Source: Chthonomonas calidirosea
Lineage (GTDB): Bacteria > Armatimonadota > Fimbriimonadia > Fimbriimonadales > Fimbriimonadaceae
DNA length: 64,000 bases
Direction of reading: 5' to 3'
NCBI GenBank assembly: GCA_945859975.1
Contig: CAMAPH010000001.1
Span: 64,001-128,000, forward strand
The notes under the pieces are model-generated. The model was not told the origin of the DNA, did not search any database, and saw only the letters and a program-made list of their open reading frames with translations. Shown here piece by piece: positions 48,053-57,857 of this stretch. Both the position numbers and the translations under genes were made by a program. The number at the start of each line of letters is the position of its first letter. Within the stretch, counting starts at the first letter, position 1.

Positions 48053-49153
48053 ATCCAACCGCTGACCTTTGATCGCCTTTGCCATGAGTTCCGGGAACAT
48101 TTCGGGCGTGCAGGCGAAGGTCGGAATATCGATGGAGGCCAGGAAGGCGGCGTTGTTTTTGTCGTACATCGGCGAGCCTTCGTCGCTGAGGGCGAGGAGG
48201 CAGATCAGGTTGACGCCCGACGCTTTGATGGCGGCGGCGCGCTTGAGGAACTGCTCGTTCTCGCCCCCTTCGATGAGGTCGCTGATGAGGATCATGATGG
48301 TGTCACTCGGGGCGCGGACGAGGCCCTGGGCATAGCGAAGCGCCTGCTCGATATCGGTGCCGCCGCCGAGTTGAACGCTAAACAGCATTTCCACCGGATC
48401 TTCGACGACGGAGGTCAGATTGACGACGGACGTATCGAAGGCGATGACTTGGGTGTTGACGGCGCGGATTGACGCGAGGGTGGCACCGAAGACGCCGGCA
48501 TAGACGATGGAGGAGGCCATCGATCCGCTCTGGTCGAGGCAGAGGATGACATCGCGCAGGGCACGGCCGGTTCTGCCGTAGCCAACGAGGGTCTCCGGGA
48601 TGATGGTTTTGTAATCGGCTTGGTAGTGCCGGAGGTTGGCGCGGATGGTGCGGTTCCAGTCCATCTCGCGCAGCTTTGGCCGCAGGTTTCGGACGGATTT
48701 CGAAATGCTTCCGGCGACGGCTTGGCGCAGCGGGTTCGAGAGTCGTTTCTCGAGGTCTTCGACCACTTTGCGGACGACCATCCGGGCGGTATCGCGAGTT
48801 TTCGCCGGCAAAACGTGGCTGAGGGACATCAGGGTTGCGACCAAGTGGACATCGGGCTCGACGACGGCGAGGCACTCGGGTTCCAGTAGCATTTTGTGGA
48901 GGTTCAACCGGTCCATCGCGTCCCGCTGCATGATTTGGACGACGCTTTGCGGGAAGTATTCGCGGATATCGCCGAGCCAACGCGCGACGTTTGGCGAGGA
49001 CGGGCCGAGGCCGCCGCGTTGCTCGCTATCGTAAAGCGCTTCCATGGCTTGGTCGAGTTGGGCGTCTCTTCCGGCGAGGGTGTAGCCCGTGCCGTCCGCA
49101 TCGCTTCCGCCCAAGATGAGCCGCCATCGGCGTATTCGTTCTGTCTCAGTCAT
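48029..49153 (-). CDS. vWA-domain protein (YehP/CoxE-like)
   Basis: RRWRLILG N-terminus, MIDAS DQSGSM, GGGTDI, LISD motifs. Confidence 0.9.
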   Translation of the reverse strand: MTETERIRRWRLILGGSDADGTGYTLAGRDAQLDQAMEALYDSEQRGGLGPSSPNVARWLGDIREYFPQSVVQIMQRDAMDRLNLHKMLLEPECLAVVEPDVHLVATLMSLSHVLPAKTRDTARMVVRKVVEDLEKRLSNPLRQAVAGSISKSVRNLRPKLREMDWNRTIRANLRHYQADYKTIIPETLVGYGRTGRALRDVILCLDQSGSMASSIVYAGVFGATLASIRAVNTQVIAFDTSVVNLTSVVEDPVEMLFSVQLGGGTDIEQALRYAQGLVRAPSDTIMILISDLIEGGENEQFLKRAAAIKASGVNLICLLALSDEGSPMYDKNNAAFLASIDIPTFACTPEMFPELMAKAIKGQRLDSIAGTSP

Positions 49154-51386
49154 TTGCTAGCCCCAAAATTTGTCGGATCACGGGAAGGACGCGGTTTGCC
49201 CGCGCTTCATCGATGTCGGATTCTTGTGATTGGATGGAGATGCCGCCGGTTAAGCGCTCGCCGATTTGGCGGCGTTCGGGCTTGGTGAAAAGCGAGAAGG
49301 TCCGCCGGATGAGCGGAAGGATTTCGTCGACGGTCTCGGTGTCGAGGTCGGTTACCCAGGCATCGACCGCTTCGAGAAGCGGGGTTTGGTGGAGCAAAAT
49401 GGTGCCAGGACCGTCGAGAAGGCCCTCTACGAACATCGCGGTTTCGAGGGCGGTTGCGCCGGAGGATGCCTCTTGGCCCAAGCGGATGGCCAGAGTTTCA
49501 CCCTCAATCGCGCCGAGATCGAATCGGACGCGTTCGGCCTTGCCTTGCACGAGGCGATGAATGCCGTTCAGTTCCGCAATTTGTCGGAGCGATTCTAGCC
49601 AGAGGTCGGTTTTTGCCGGGTCGCCAAATAGCGCGACGACGCCGGTCACGCCGCTAATGCGTTCGGCCATCACGCGGGCGGCGGCATCATCGAGCGAGTG
49701 GCAGGCGTGGGGTAACCCGATGCAAAGCCGGGTGAAAATGGCATCGAGCACAGGGACGACGAGGTCGGATCGGGTGCCTCGCACGGAGCCGTACCGGACC
49801 ACAGCGGCAAGGGGCGGGAGGGCGCTCGCGAGGTCGGCCACGTCGGCGGTGACGGCAGAAATGGCCTGGAGTTGGGTGACGGTTGGTTCGATGGCACCGG
49901 AAAGGTCGGCCTCCAGCACGCGCTCGACGAGCCGGGCGATTTCTGCGAGGCTCTCTGCTTCAATCGCGTTGGCGATGGCGCAGCTGGTGGCGGCAGATTC
50001 GACGGTGTTGCCGTAGAGGCTCGCTTCGATGAGGGCAATCGTGAGTTCGGGCGTCCATCGCAGGAGCCAGTGCTCATGAAAGGTGCCGCGCTTCCCTTTT
50101 GCCTGTTCGGGAATGCCCCAGTCAACTTTGAGCAGCGCGAGGCGGTGCAGGAGCTGACTGCGTTCTAGGTCGGTGGCGTTTCGGAGGTCGAGTTCTAGCC
50201 TCTGCTCGCCATCGCTCACCTTCATCCGCAATCGCTTTTGGAGGGCGGCGAGGTTGGCCTGCAGCGGAATCATCGGGATCGACTCCGGCACGTGGCCCAT
50301 GCGCTCGCCGACGATGAGGCGCTTGCCGATGAGGTTCCAGACGACGGAGTCGCGAATGAGGACGGAGTTTGCCGCGTCGCGAAGCTCGCGCAGCCCGGGC
50401 TTCGGGCGGCCCCGGAGGGAGGCGAGGGCGTCGGCAAGGCGGACGGCTTCGATGACGCTGGCGGGAGAGGCGTCGAGGTCTTCTTCTCGCATGAGGCGGG
50501 CAACGGAGAGGAGCCAGTTTGCGGAGATGTCTTGCGGATCTGACTTCCAGATTAGGTCGTAGAAGGCGGGCGACCTTGCGCCGGCACCGTAGCCGGAGGC
50601 GAAAGTGAGCCGCTCATAGGTCCACGGGACGACGGTCGAGCCAACTTTCAGCTTCGGCAGGCCCTTGAGGAGGGCGTCGTCTGGTTTTGCGGTTTGGAGT
50701 TCTTTCAGCGCGGGCACATGCCAGGCTCCGCAGACGACGGCGATGCGCTCGTGTCCGGCGGCGAGGGCAGCGCGGATGGTGCGCCGCATGAAGGCTTCTC
50801 GGAGCTCATTGAATTCAGCGTCGGTGACTTTGCGGCGGTCATCGTCTTCGTTAGCGTCCTCGTCTTCGGTTGCATCTTCGCTCGATGCTTCTCGGAGCGC
50901 GCACATGAGGGTGTCGATTCCGGCGAAGAGTTCGCTCGCGTCGGATCGGTGCTCGACGAGATGCTCCCACCAGTCCTCGCCGTCGTCGAATCCGGCGGCG
51001 GTGGCGATTTGCTCCATGACGTCCGAGTTCGGCTTGCCCACGACATTTAGGGCGAGCATGGTGGCGGCGGGCAGGTCCATGAACGTCACCGGCACTTCGT
51101 GCGCGGCGGCCCAGCGGAATGCCTGCAGCTCGGGCGAGAACTCGGCGAGGGGATAGTATGAGGCCAATCGCGGGGTTTCGAGAGCGTATTCCAGCATCGC
51201 GACCGGGGTCTCTACCGCCGGGTCGAGCAGGAATGGGATCAGTGATTCGGAGCCGGAAGGGCCCTCGACGAGGACGGCTTGCGGCTGCCACTCATTGAGG
51301 GCGGCGACGAGTGAACGGGCCGAGCCGGGCCCGTGGTGCCGAATTCCGAACAGGCGGACCGAACCGCTTACAGAAGTTCTCGACAT
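49146..51386 (-). CDS. DUF5682 (YehM-like) protein
   Basis: GIRHHGPGSAR, VLVEGP, P.AEFSPE, FMDLP, REAFM, VVCGAWH, SGYGAG motifs. Start uncertain (51386 or 51407). Confidence 0.85.
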   Translation of the reverse strand: MSRTSVSGSVRLFGIRHHGPGSARSLVAALNEWQPQAVLVEGPSGSESLIPFLLDPAVETPVAMLEYALETPRLASYYPLAEFSPELQAFRWAAAHEVPVTFMDLPAATMLALNVVGKPNSDVMEQIATAAGFDDGEDWWEHLVEHRSDASELFAGIDTLMCALREASSEDATEDEDANEDDDRRKVTDAEFNELREAFMRRTIRAALAAGHERIAVVCGAWHVPALKELQTAKPDDALLKGLPKLKVGSTVVPWTYERLTFASGYGAGARSPAFYDLIWKSDPQDISANWLLSVARLMREEDLDASPASVIEAVRLADALASLRGRPKPGLRELRDAANSVLIRDSVVWNLIGKRLIVGERMGHVPESIPMIPLQANLAALQKRLRMKVSDGEQRLELDLRNATDLERSQLLHRLALLKVDWGIPEQAKGKRGTFHEHWLLRWTPELTIALIEASLYGNTVESAATSCAIANAIEAESLAEIARLVERVLEADLSGAIEPTVTQLQAISAVTADVADLASALPPLAAVVRYGSVRGTRSDLVVPVLDAIFTRLCIGLPHACHSLDDAAARVMAERISGVTGVVALFGDPAKTDLWLESLRQIAELNGIHRLVQGKAERVRFDLGAIEGETLAIRLGQEASSGATALETAMFVEGLLDGPGTILLHQTPLLEAVDAWVTDLDTETVDEILPLIRRTFSLFTKPERRQIGERLTGGISIQSQESDIDEARANRVLPVIRQILGLAND

Positions 51387-52450
51387 GCGCGATAAAGGTC
51401 CTTCCACTCGCTCCGTTCCTTCACCACGGTTTCGAGATACTCCTTCCAGGCCAGGGTGTCTTGGCTGGCGTCTTTGATCACGGCTCCGGTGAGGGCACTG
51501 GCGAGATCGGCGGCGCGGAGCTTGCCGTCGCCAAAGTGGGCGGCCATGGCAAGACCGCTGTTTAGGACGGAGATCGCTTCGGCGGTGCTGAGGGTTCCGG
51601 AGGGGACCTTCAGTTTCGTTTTCTTGTCGAGCGTCATGCCTTCGCGGAGCTCTCGGAAGATGGTGACGAGGCGCTTGATGTCTTCTAGGGCGGGTGGTTC
51701 GGCGGGGAGTTCAAGGGCTCGGCCAATGGCTTCGGAGCGCTGGCGCACGATCTCGGCTTCTTCCTCAAACGTGTCGGGAAGGGGCAGGTGGACGGTGTTG
51801 AAGCGGCGTCTTAAGGCCGAAGACAGGTCGTTGACGCCGCGGTCTCGGTCGTTGGCGGTGGCGATGACGTTGAAGCCTTTTCGCGCTTGGACTTCGTCGT
51901 TCAGCTCGGGGATCGGGAGCGACTTTTCGGAGAGGACGGTGATGAGGGCGTCTTGGACGTCGGATGGGATTCGGGTGAGTTCTTCGACGCGGGCGATTTT
52001 GCCGGTTTCCATCGCGCGCATGATGGGCGAGGGCACGAGGGCGGAGCGGGATGGGCCTTCGGCGAGGAGTTTGGCGTAGTTCCAGCCGTAGCGCAGGGTT
52101 TCTTCGCTGGTGCCGGAGGTGCCTTGGACGAGGAGGGTGGAGTCGCCGGAGGTCGCGGCGGCGAGGTGCTCGGCGAGCCAGGTTTTGGCGGTTCCGGGGA
52201 CGCCGAGCAGGAGCAACGCGCGATCGGTGGCTAGGGTGGCGATGGCGACTTCGACAATCGTCCGCTTGCCGATGTACTTCGGCGTGACTTCGAAGCCGTT
52301 TGGCAGGGTGCCGCCGAGAATGTACGTTGCCACCGCCCAGGGGGACAGCTTCCAGCTTGGCGGACGCGGCCGGTCGTCGGCCTTGCCTAGCTCGATGAGT
52401 TCGGACTGAAAGGCCTGTTCGGCGTGTTGGCGGAGGATAGGTTCATTCAT
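51368..52450 (-). CDS. MoxR-class AAA+ ATPase (YehL-like)
   Basis: Walker A GVPGTAKT, Walker B ARVEELTR, ATANDRDRGV..LSSALRRRF. Confidence 0.9.
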   Translation of the reverse strand: MNEPILRQHAEQAFQSELIELGKADDRPRPPSWKLSPWAVATYILGGTLPNGFEVTPKYIGKRTIVEVAIATLATDRALLLLGVPGTAKTWLAEHLAAATSGDSTLLVQGTSGTSEETLRYGWNYAKLLAEGPSRSALVPSPIMRAMETGKIARVEELTRIPSDVQDALITVLSEKSLPIPELNDEVQARKGFNVIATANDRDRGVNDLSSALRRRFNTVHLPLPDTFEEEAEIVRQRSEAIGRALELPAEPPALEDIKRLVTIFRELREGMTLDKKTKLKVPSGTLSTAEAISVLNSGLAMAAHFGDGKLRAADLASALTGAVIKDASQDTLAWKEYLETVVKERSEWKDLYRACRELL

Positions 52451-52482
52451 GGTTCTGTACTCAGAGAATTAGGCGGGGAGGT

Positions 52483-53865
52483 CTAGGCGAGGGAATCTAG
52501 GCTGGATAGCAGGCGTTTTCGGAGGCTCAAAATGTTGCGCACTTCGAGGCGGGTGTCTTCGAAGACGTGGTGCTGTTCGATTGGCATCTCGGTCCGCGAG
52601 ATGGCATCGACATGCATGTTGAGGGCGAAGAAAGGAAGAATGACGTGGGAACTGCTGCTCGTTTTCAAAGTGTCAATTAGGGCGCAGGAGAGCTCGAAGG
52701 ATAGGGGACGCTTTGACGCAATGATCATCTGCACGATCAAGTCCGATTGATACTCCACGCCGCGAAGACCCTTGAGGGCAATTCGCTCGAACATTTCCGT
52801 ACTGGCGTGGGCGGCAAGCGCTCTACCCTTGAATTTGTAGATGTCCGAGCGAGAAACGAGTAATTCGTACAAAGCATCGAGCCAAGGCTGATCCTTAAAG
52901 CGAACGGCGGCAACGATGAGGCCTTCCAGCATCGCCCTATGATAGTCAGACTTACTCATGTGCTCAAAGAACTTCTCGCGGGCCCCGTTGGTGCCCCATG
53001 TAGACGGTGGGACATAGCTGACGACGTCAATGAGAGCCATGGCCTTCGGGCCCATTCCATCGATCTCAGGCGATTTGGGCAGCCACTTTGGAAGCTCACT
53101 TCGCTCTGGGGCTTCGATGATAAGGCTTGTGCTCAGGAACGATTTCTTCCAGTTTAGGATCGGGGCCGCGAGCAGGGCTAGTTCGTGCGCTACTTTGAAC
53201 GATGCTTGGGACGTGAGGAGCTCGAGTGCCGCCTCGCGGACCTCTTTTCGGCGATCCTTGAGTGCGACTTCTAGGATGGGTTCGTCGTGGATGCTGAGTT
53301 GGATTTGCAGTTGATTGACGGCTTTCAGGCGCTCTTTCCAATCCATCGTTTCGTACTCTGCCGTGAGCCACTCGCGGTAGGCGGCGGGGTCTTCGGTGCG
53401 CTTTGCGGCGAGCTTTTCGTCTTCGGATGGAGAGAGGTCAAGCCCTTGAAGCTGGGCGAGCCAGTGGCCGCGCTCGCCGATGACGGGAAGCAATTCCTCT
53501 CGGTGCTTTTTGATTAGGGGAAGGATCGCGGTGAGCAAGGCAGGCGGCAGGACCGCCCGACGCTGCTTCGCTTTCGCGGCCCATTCCAGGACGACGGGGG
53601 TCATCTTCTTATCTAGGGCCTCGCTCAGCGGCGCCTCAGATGCTTCGGCCACGTGGCCGATTTCCTGCGGTGCGGTGGGGAGCGGTTTAACTGAATCTAT
53701 GCCGACGACTCCGGCGCGGCGCATGAGATCGAGGGTGCCAGCTAGGACCAGGGCCTGCTTTTCAGATTTCTCGCCGGGCGTTTCGGGCAGGAAATCAACG
53801 GTGGGCAACGAGGCGCGCTGGGTGCCCACTTGGATGACGCTTGCAACTTCGTTAAAGGTCTTCAT
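52483..53865 (-). CDS. DUF5691-like helical (HEAT-like) protein
   Basis: VGTQR N-terminus, LPP.LL..IL, GERGHWLA, DE..LE.AL.DRRKEVR.AA..LL, VPP..W motifs. Confidence 0.75.
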   Translation of the reverse strand: MKTFNEVASVIQVGTQRASLPTVDFLPETPGEKSEKQALVLAGTLDLMRRAGVVGIDSVKPLPTAPQEIGHVAEASEAPLSEALDKKMTPVVLEWAAKAKQRRAVLPPALLTAILPLIKKHREELLPVIGERGHWLAQLQGLDLSPSEDEKLAAKRTEDPAAYREWLTAEYETMDWKERLKAVNQLQIQLSIHDEPILEVALKDRRKEVREAALELLTSQASFKVAHELALLAAPILNWKKSFLSTSLIIEAPERSELPKWLPKSPEIDGMGPKAMALIDVVSYVPPSTWGTNGAREKFFEHMSKSDYHRAMLEGLIVAAVRFKDQPWLDALYELLVSRSDIYKFKGRALAAHASTEMFERIALKGLRGVEYQSDLIVQMIIASKRPLSFELSCALIDTLKTSSSSHVILPFFALNMHVDAISRTEMPIEQHHVFEDTRLEVRNILSLRKRLLSSLDSLA

Positions 53866-53869
53866 TGCA

Positions 53870-55144
53870 TTACGTCCAAGGGTCGTCGGAGCCGCAGAGA
53901 ACGTTCAGGCTGGAGCCGTTCCATTCTCCAACGATTTCGATGGGTTGATTGCCAAATAGGGCAACGAGATACCAAGGGTCTTCTCCGTTTAACGGAAGGG
54001 CGCGACCTGAGGAGTCGATGACGAACCAGTCGGAGTCTTTTTGGCCGAAGCTTCCGGCGCTGATGGGAATGGGGACGCGCTCCGCCCACGGATTCTGGGA
54101 CCAGACATCCGCCGCGAACTCTAAGCCTTCCGCAATGAGGCCGCCTTTGCGGGGCTGGAAGGGTTGAGGTTCTATTTCGGTTAGATTGACCCGAAGGGGA
54201 TAGGCGGACGGGTAGTACTGCGCTTTCGCATGGAATGCCGTTCCAATGAGCGGCTGAAAATCGAACGGTTGTCCCGCGGCGGAGAACGCGAGGTGCAAGG
54301 CCCACTTGCCGGTAGAGCGTGCCTGGAGCCAGCTTCGGCAGGTGGTGATGCGATCTTCGGTTTCGATGGCGCTTCCGAGCACGTCCCAAACGTCTTCGAC
54401 CGGTTCGCCGGTGAGGTCCTCTTTTCGGAATGGAATTCCGACGGCAGTGCGGACGTCGGCCTTCAAACCTTCGGGGAGGGTTTCGATTCGCTTTGCCGCT
54501 TCAAGGAGTAGCGTTAGGTTGCCGAGCTGACCGGCAACATTGGGTCCCCAGGCCTCGCCGACGCCGATGGCGTTTCCGATTCGCTTAAGTCTGGTTGCGA
54601 TTCCGGGAGCTTGGGCGTCGACCATGCGCGCGGCCATTTGGTCCCAGCTTCGGGCAGATTGCGACGCATAGAGTCCTTGGGAGACCGCGTCTTCGAGGAA
54701 CGACTCGCACTCTTCGATCCCGGCGAGGATTTTGCTCCAGCGCTTTTCGGTTCGCTTTTCGGCGTCTGCGGGAGACGCGGCGGGGGTGGCGGCGGCTTTC
54801 TCGGCCTTTTGCTCGGATCGCTCCGCTCGCTTATCTAACCATTCTTGGACCCAGGTTGGCGGGGTTCCCGGTTCGATTTCGCTCTTAGCGTGGCGGAAGA
54901 GGAGTCCGAGGGCGTGCTTGCAGGGGAGTTTTCGGCTGGGGCAGGAGCACTTGTACGCGAGGTCCTTCAGATCGACGGCGGTTTGGTAAGGGTTCTTGCC
55001 GCTTCCCTTTGCTTCTCCCCACGCGGCGAGGTCGGTCTCGCCGATGCTTGCCCACTTGGCGGGGCTAGCCAGTTCTCGCCCGGCGCTGGCCGCCGCAGCG
55101 TCCGGGGCAAGCGCGATCACTTGTTCCGGGGTTAGGCGGGGCAT
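53870..55144 (-). CDS. SWIM zinc-finger protein (YehQ-like)
   Basis: LAPD, WGE.KGSG..PY, CSCPSRKLPCKHALGL, AARMVDAQAPG motifs. Confidence 0.88.
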   Translation of the reverse strand: MPRLTPEQVIALAPDAAAASAGRELASPAKWASIGETDLAAWGEAKGSGKNPYQTAVDLKDLAYKCSCPSRKLPCKHALGLLFRHAKSEIEPGTPPTWVQEWLDKRAERSEQKAEKAAATPAASPADAEKRTEKRWSKILAGIEECESFLEDAVSQGLYASQSARSWDQMAARMVDAQAPGIATRLKRIGNAIGVGEAWGPNVAGQLGNLTLLLEAAKRIETLPEGLKADVRTAVGIPFRKEDLTGEPVEDVWDVLGSAIETEDRITTCRSWLQARSTGKWALHLAFSAAGQPFDFQPLIGTAFHAKAQYYPSAYPLRVNLTEIEPQPFQPRKGGLIAEGLEFAADVWSQNPWAERVPIPISAGSFGQKDSDWFVIDSSGRALPLNGEDPWYLVALFGNQPIEIVGEWNGSSLNVLCGSDDPWT

Positions 55145-55360
55145 TCGACAGTTTTACTCTACTGGAAAATCATTTCGGGCAGAATCCTGGCCTCATTTTC
55201 GGTCTGATCGATTCGAGGTTGAACGGGAATCACCCTTGAGATTTGCGTGTATCGAGCTTGTCACGCAAGGAATCCGAAAGTGTCACGCCAGTGTCCTGCC
55301 AGTGTTACGGGCGAGGGATTCAATACATCCATCGGAGCGAAACCACTCCGGAAGGAACAC

Positions 55361-56116
55361 ATGAGAACATCCTTGATCGCCAGCGCTTTCGTAGCCATCG
55401 CCGCTATCTCGTCGTCCATCGCCGTTTCCGGGAACGTGGCAAAGAAGGCTACGAGCACCGACCCGCTTCACCTGACCCTGGCCAATGAGCTGGTGGATGG
55501 CATCCTCGCTCAGGCCGCCAACGGCGAAACCGAGGACGCCAGCGGAACCTTGACCAATCGGTACGGTGGCGCCGTGGGTAGCTACTACATCACCTTTGCC
55601 GACGCAAATGTGGAGGGGTCGATGTATTCCAACTTCACGCGCTGCGCTCCGTTTTTGACGCAACTCTTCAAAGCGGCTTACGGCTGGACGCCACCAACGG
55701 CGATTGGCAACAGCCCGGACCCTAAGAAGTACTACAACTCGATCGTGGATAACAAGAACGGATTCTCGAAGCGAGCCAAGTTCACCGACTGGCAGCCAGG
55801 TGACATCCTTGCGAGCCCCTATTACGATCCGAATCCGAACATCGGGCACGTGATGCTGATCCTAGGTGCGCAGGAGATTTCGAACAATGCAGAGACGAAA
55901 ACCCGTGAGTACGCAGTTCAGGTGCTGGACTCATCGTCTGATCAGCATTCTAGCGACACACGCACATTGTTTGGCAGCTTGCCGAAGGGCGTTGGTCGGG
56001 GAGTTATCAAGGTGAAGACCGTTGATGACCAAATCACGCAGTGGGCTTGGAAAGTGACCAACAGCTACTACAGCGGCAAGGACCGCCCGCTGGCGATCGG
56101 CAAGATCAACCAGTAA
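55361..56116 (+). CDS. Secreted protein, NlpC/P60-CHAP-like papain-fold hydrolase
   Basis: GGAAGGA SD before ATG 55361, signal peptide, RCAPF...PGDIL...GHVMLI...VLDSS motif order. Confidence 0.6.
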   Translation: MRTSLIASAFVAIAAISSSIAVSGNVAKKATSTDPLHLTLANELVDGILAQAANGETEDASGTLTNRYGGAVGSYYITFADANVEGSMYSNFTRCAPFLTQLFKAAYGWTPPTAIGNSPDPKKYYNSIVDNKNGFSKRAKFTDWQPGDILASPYYDPNPNIGHVMLILGAQEISNNAETKTREYAVQVLDSSSDQHSSDTRTLFGSLPKGVGRGVIKVKTVDDQITQWAWKVTNSYYSGKDRPLAIGKINQ

Positions 56117-56258
56117 TCGGCATGCATCGTCCGAGATTGAGTTTGAGCGGGCCAAGTTTGGTTCCGCTCAAACTTCCTTTTCTCTCAGCACTCGTTACAT
56201 TTACGGGTAAATATACGGCTCTCGGACGGGCTCGGACCGGCGTTGAACGAAGAAGATC

Positions 56259-57839
56259 ATGCTTGTAGCACTGTGTCTCTGCGGGGCGGTAGCGTTGGCT
56301 CACGCCATGACAAATCTTGATCTGGAGACCGCGACAAAAGCAGCGAATCCAATTCTATGGGCAGATGTGCCGGATGTTTCGATCGTCCGAGTAGGCAAGG
56401 CTTACTACATGGCCAGCACGACGATGCACATGAGTCCCGGGCTGCCGATCATGAAGTCGACCGACCTGGTGAACTGGAAGCTCGTGAGCTATGCCTATGA
56501 GACCCTGGGCGATAACGACGCTTTGACCCTGCGGAACGGGAAAAGCGCCTACGGAAAGGGCTCTTGGGCACCGAGTTTGCGCTACCACAAGGGCACGTTT
56601 TACGCGACAACTTTTTCCTCGACGACCGGAAAGACTTACATTTTCACCACCAAGAATCCCGAAAAGGAGCCTTGGAAAGAGATTTCTTTCTCGCCATCTT
56701 TTCACGATCATTCGCTTTTCTTTGACGACGATGGGCGGGTGTATTTGGTGTACGGAGCGGGGGATATTCGGCTCGTCGAACTGAACGAGGATCTCTCGGG
56801 GGTTAAACCGGGCGGGACCAACAAGGTGATCATAAAGAACGCGACGGCGGTAGCCGGTGGTCAGCCGGGGTTGCCGGCGGAAGGCTCGCAGCTGTTCAAG
56901 GTCAGCGGCAAGTACTACATTTGCAACATCACCTGGCCGAGGGGCGGGATGCGGATGGAGTTGGTCCATCGTGCGGACACGATTGATGGTCCGTATGAAG
57001 GTCGCGTGATGTTCAAGGATCAGGGCATCGCGCAGGGTGGGATCGTCGACACGCCGGACGGGCGGTGGTTTAGTTACCTATTCCGCGATACGGGGGCGGT
57101 TGGACGGATTCCATGGTTGGTGCCGATGACGTGGGAGGATGGCTGGCCAGTGGTTGGGATTGACGGCAAAGCTCCGGCGACCTTGGACTTGCCGGATGCG
57201 AAGCTCGGAGTTTCCGGCATTGTCGCTTCTGACGAGTTCTCTCGACGTCGCGGCCAGCGCGCGCTGCCTTTGGCTTGGCAGTGGAACCACAATCCAGACG
57301 GCGCTTCATGGTCACTGAGTGCTCGGCCGGGGTTCTTGCGGTTGATTACTGGGCGAGTGGATTCGTCGGTGGTGGAAGCCAGAAACACGTTGACTCAGCG
57401 CACCTTTGGGCCGGTGAGTTCCGCCACGACGCTGCTTGATGCTCAAGGATTAAAGGATGGAGACGTCGCCGGGATGGTGGCGTTGATGGGGCGCTACGGC
57501 TACGTTGGCGTTAAGAAGTCGGGTGAAGAGTTTTCGGTTGTCGCGGTGAGTGCGGTTACGGGATCGCCGGTGGAAGTGGAGTCGGTTCAGGTTGGTTCTA
57601 GCCGGGTTTATCTTAAGATTGAGTGCGACTTTCGCGACGGTCGCGATGAGGCGACGTTCTTTTACAGCCTTGACGGCAAAACTTGGACCTCAATAGGCAA
57701 GACGGTAAAGCTGCGTTACGATCTAACTCACTTCATGGGCTGCCGATTCGGACTGTTTACGTACGCCACCAAGACTGCGGGCGGTCATGCCGACTTTGAC
57801 TTTTATCGGGTCAGCACCGAGCTTTCTGCAAGACCTTAG
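56259..57839 (+). CDS. GH43 beta-xylosidase/arabinofuranosidase with C-terminal ConA-like domain
   Basis: NPI..DVPD.S, STDLVNW, WAPS, HD.SLFFDDDG, EGS, QGG, WQWNHNP motifs. Confidence 0.9.
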   Translation: MLVALCLCGAVALAHAMTNLDLETATKAANPILWADVPDVSIVRVGKAYYMASTTMHMSPGLPIMKSTDLVNWKLVSYAYETLGDNDALTLRNGKSAYGKGSWAPSLRYHKGTFYATTFSSTTGKTYIFTTKNPEKEPWKEISFSPSFHDHSLFFDDDGRVYLVYGAGDIRLVELNEDLSGVKPGGTNKVIIKNATAVAGGQPGLPAEGSQLFKVSGKYYICNITWPRGGMRMELVHRADTIDGPYEGRVMFKDQGIAQGGIVDTPDGRWFSYLFRDTGAVGRIPWLVPMTWEDGWPVVGIDGKAPATLDLPDAKLGVSGIVASDEFSRRRGQRALPLAWQWNHNPDGASWSLSARPGFLRLITGRVDSSVVEARNTLTQRTFGPVSSATTLLDAQGLKDGDVAGMVALMGRYGYVGVKKSGEEFSVVAVSAVTGSPVEVESVQVGSSRVYLKIECDFRDGRDEATFFYSLDGKTWTSIGKTVKLRYDLTHFMGCRFGLFTYATKTAGGHADFDFYRVSTELSARP

Positions 57840-57857
57840 GAACGAATTCCTTCGGTT

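Noticed and set aside
53862..54389. Alternative-frame 175-aa ORF suggesting a frameshift in the SWIM gene
   Set aside because: The main frame is intact to a plausible C-terminus (GEWNG); the alternative frame has the Arg-rich composition typical of a shadow ORF in GC-rich DNA.
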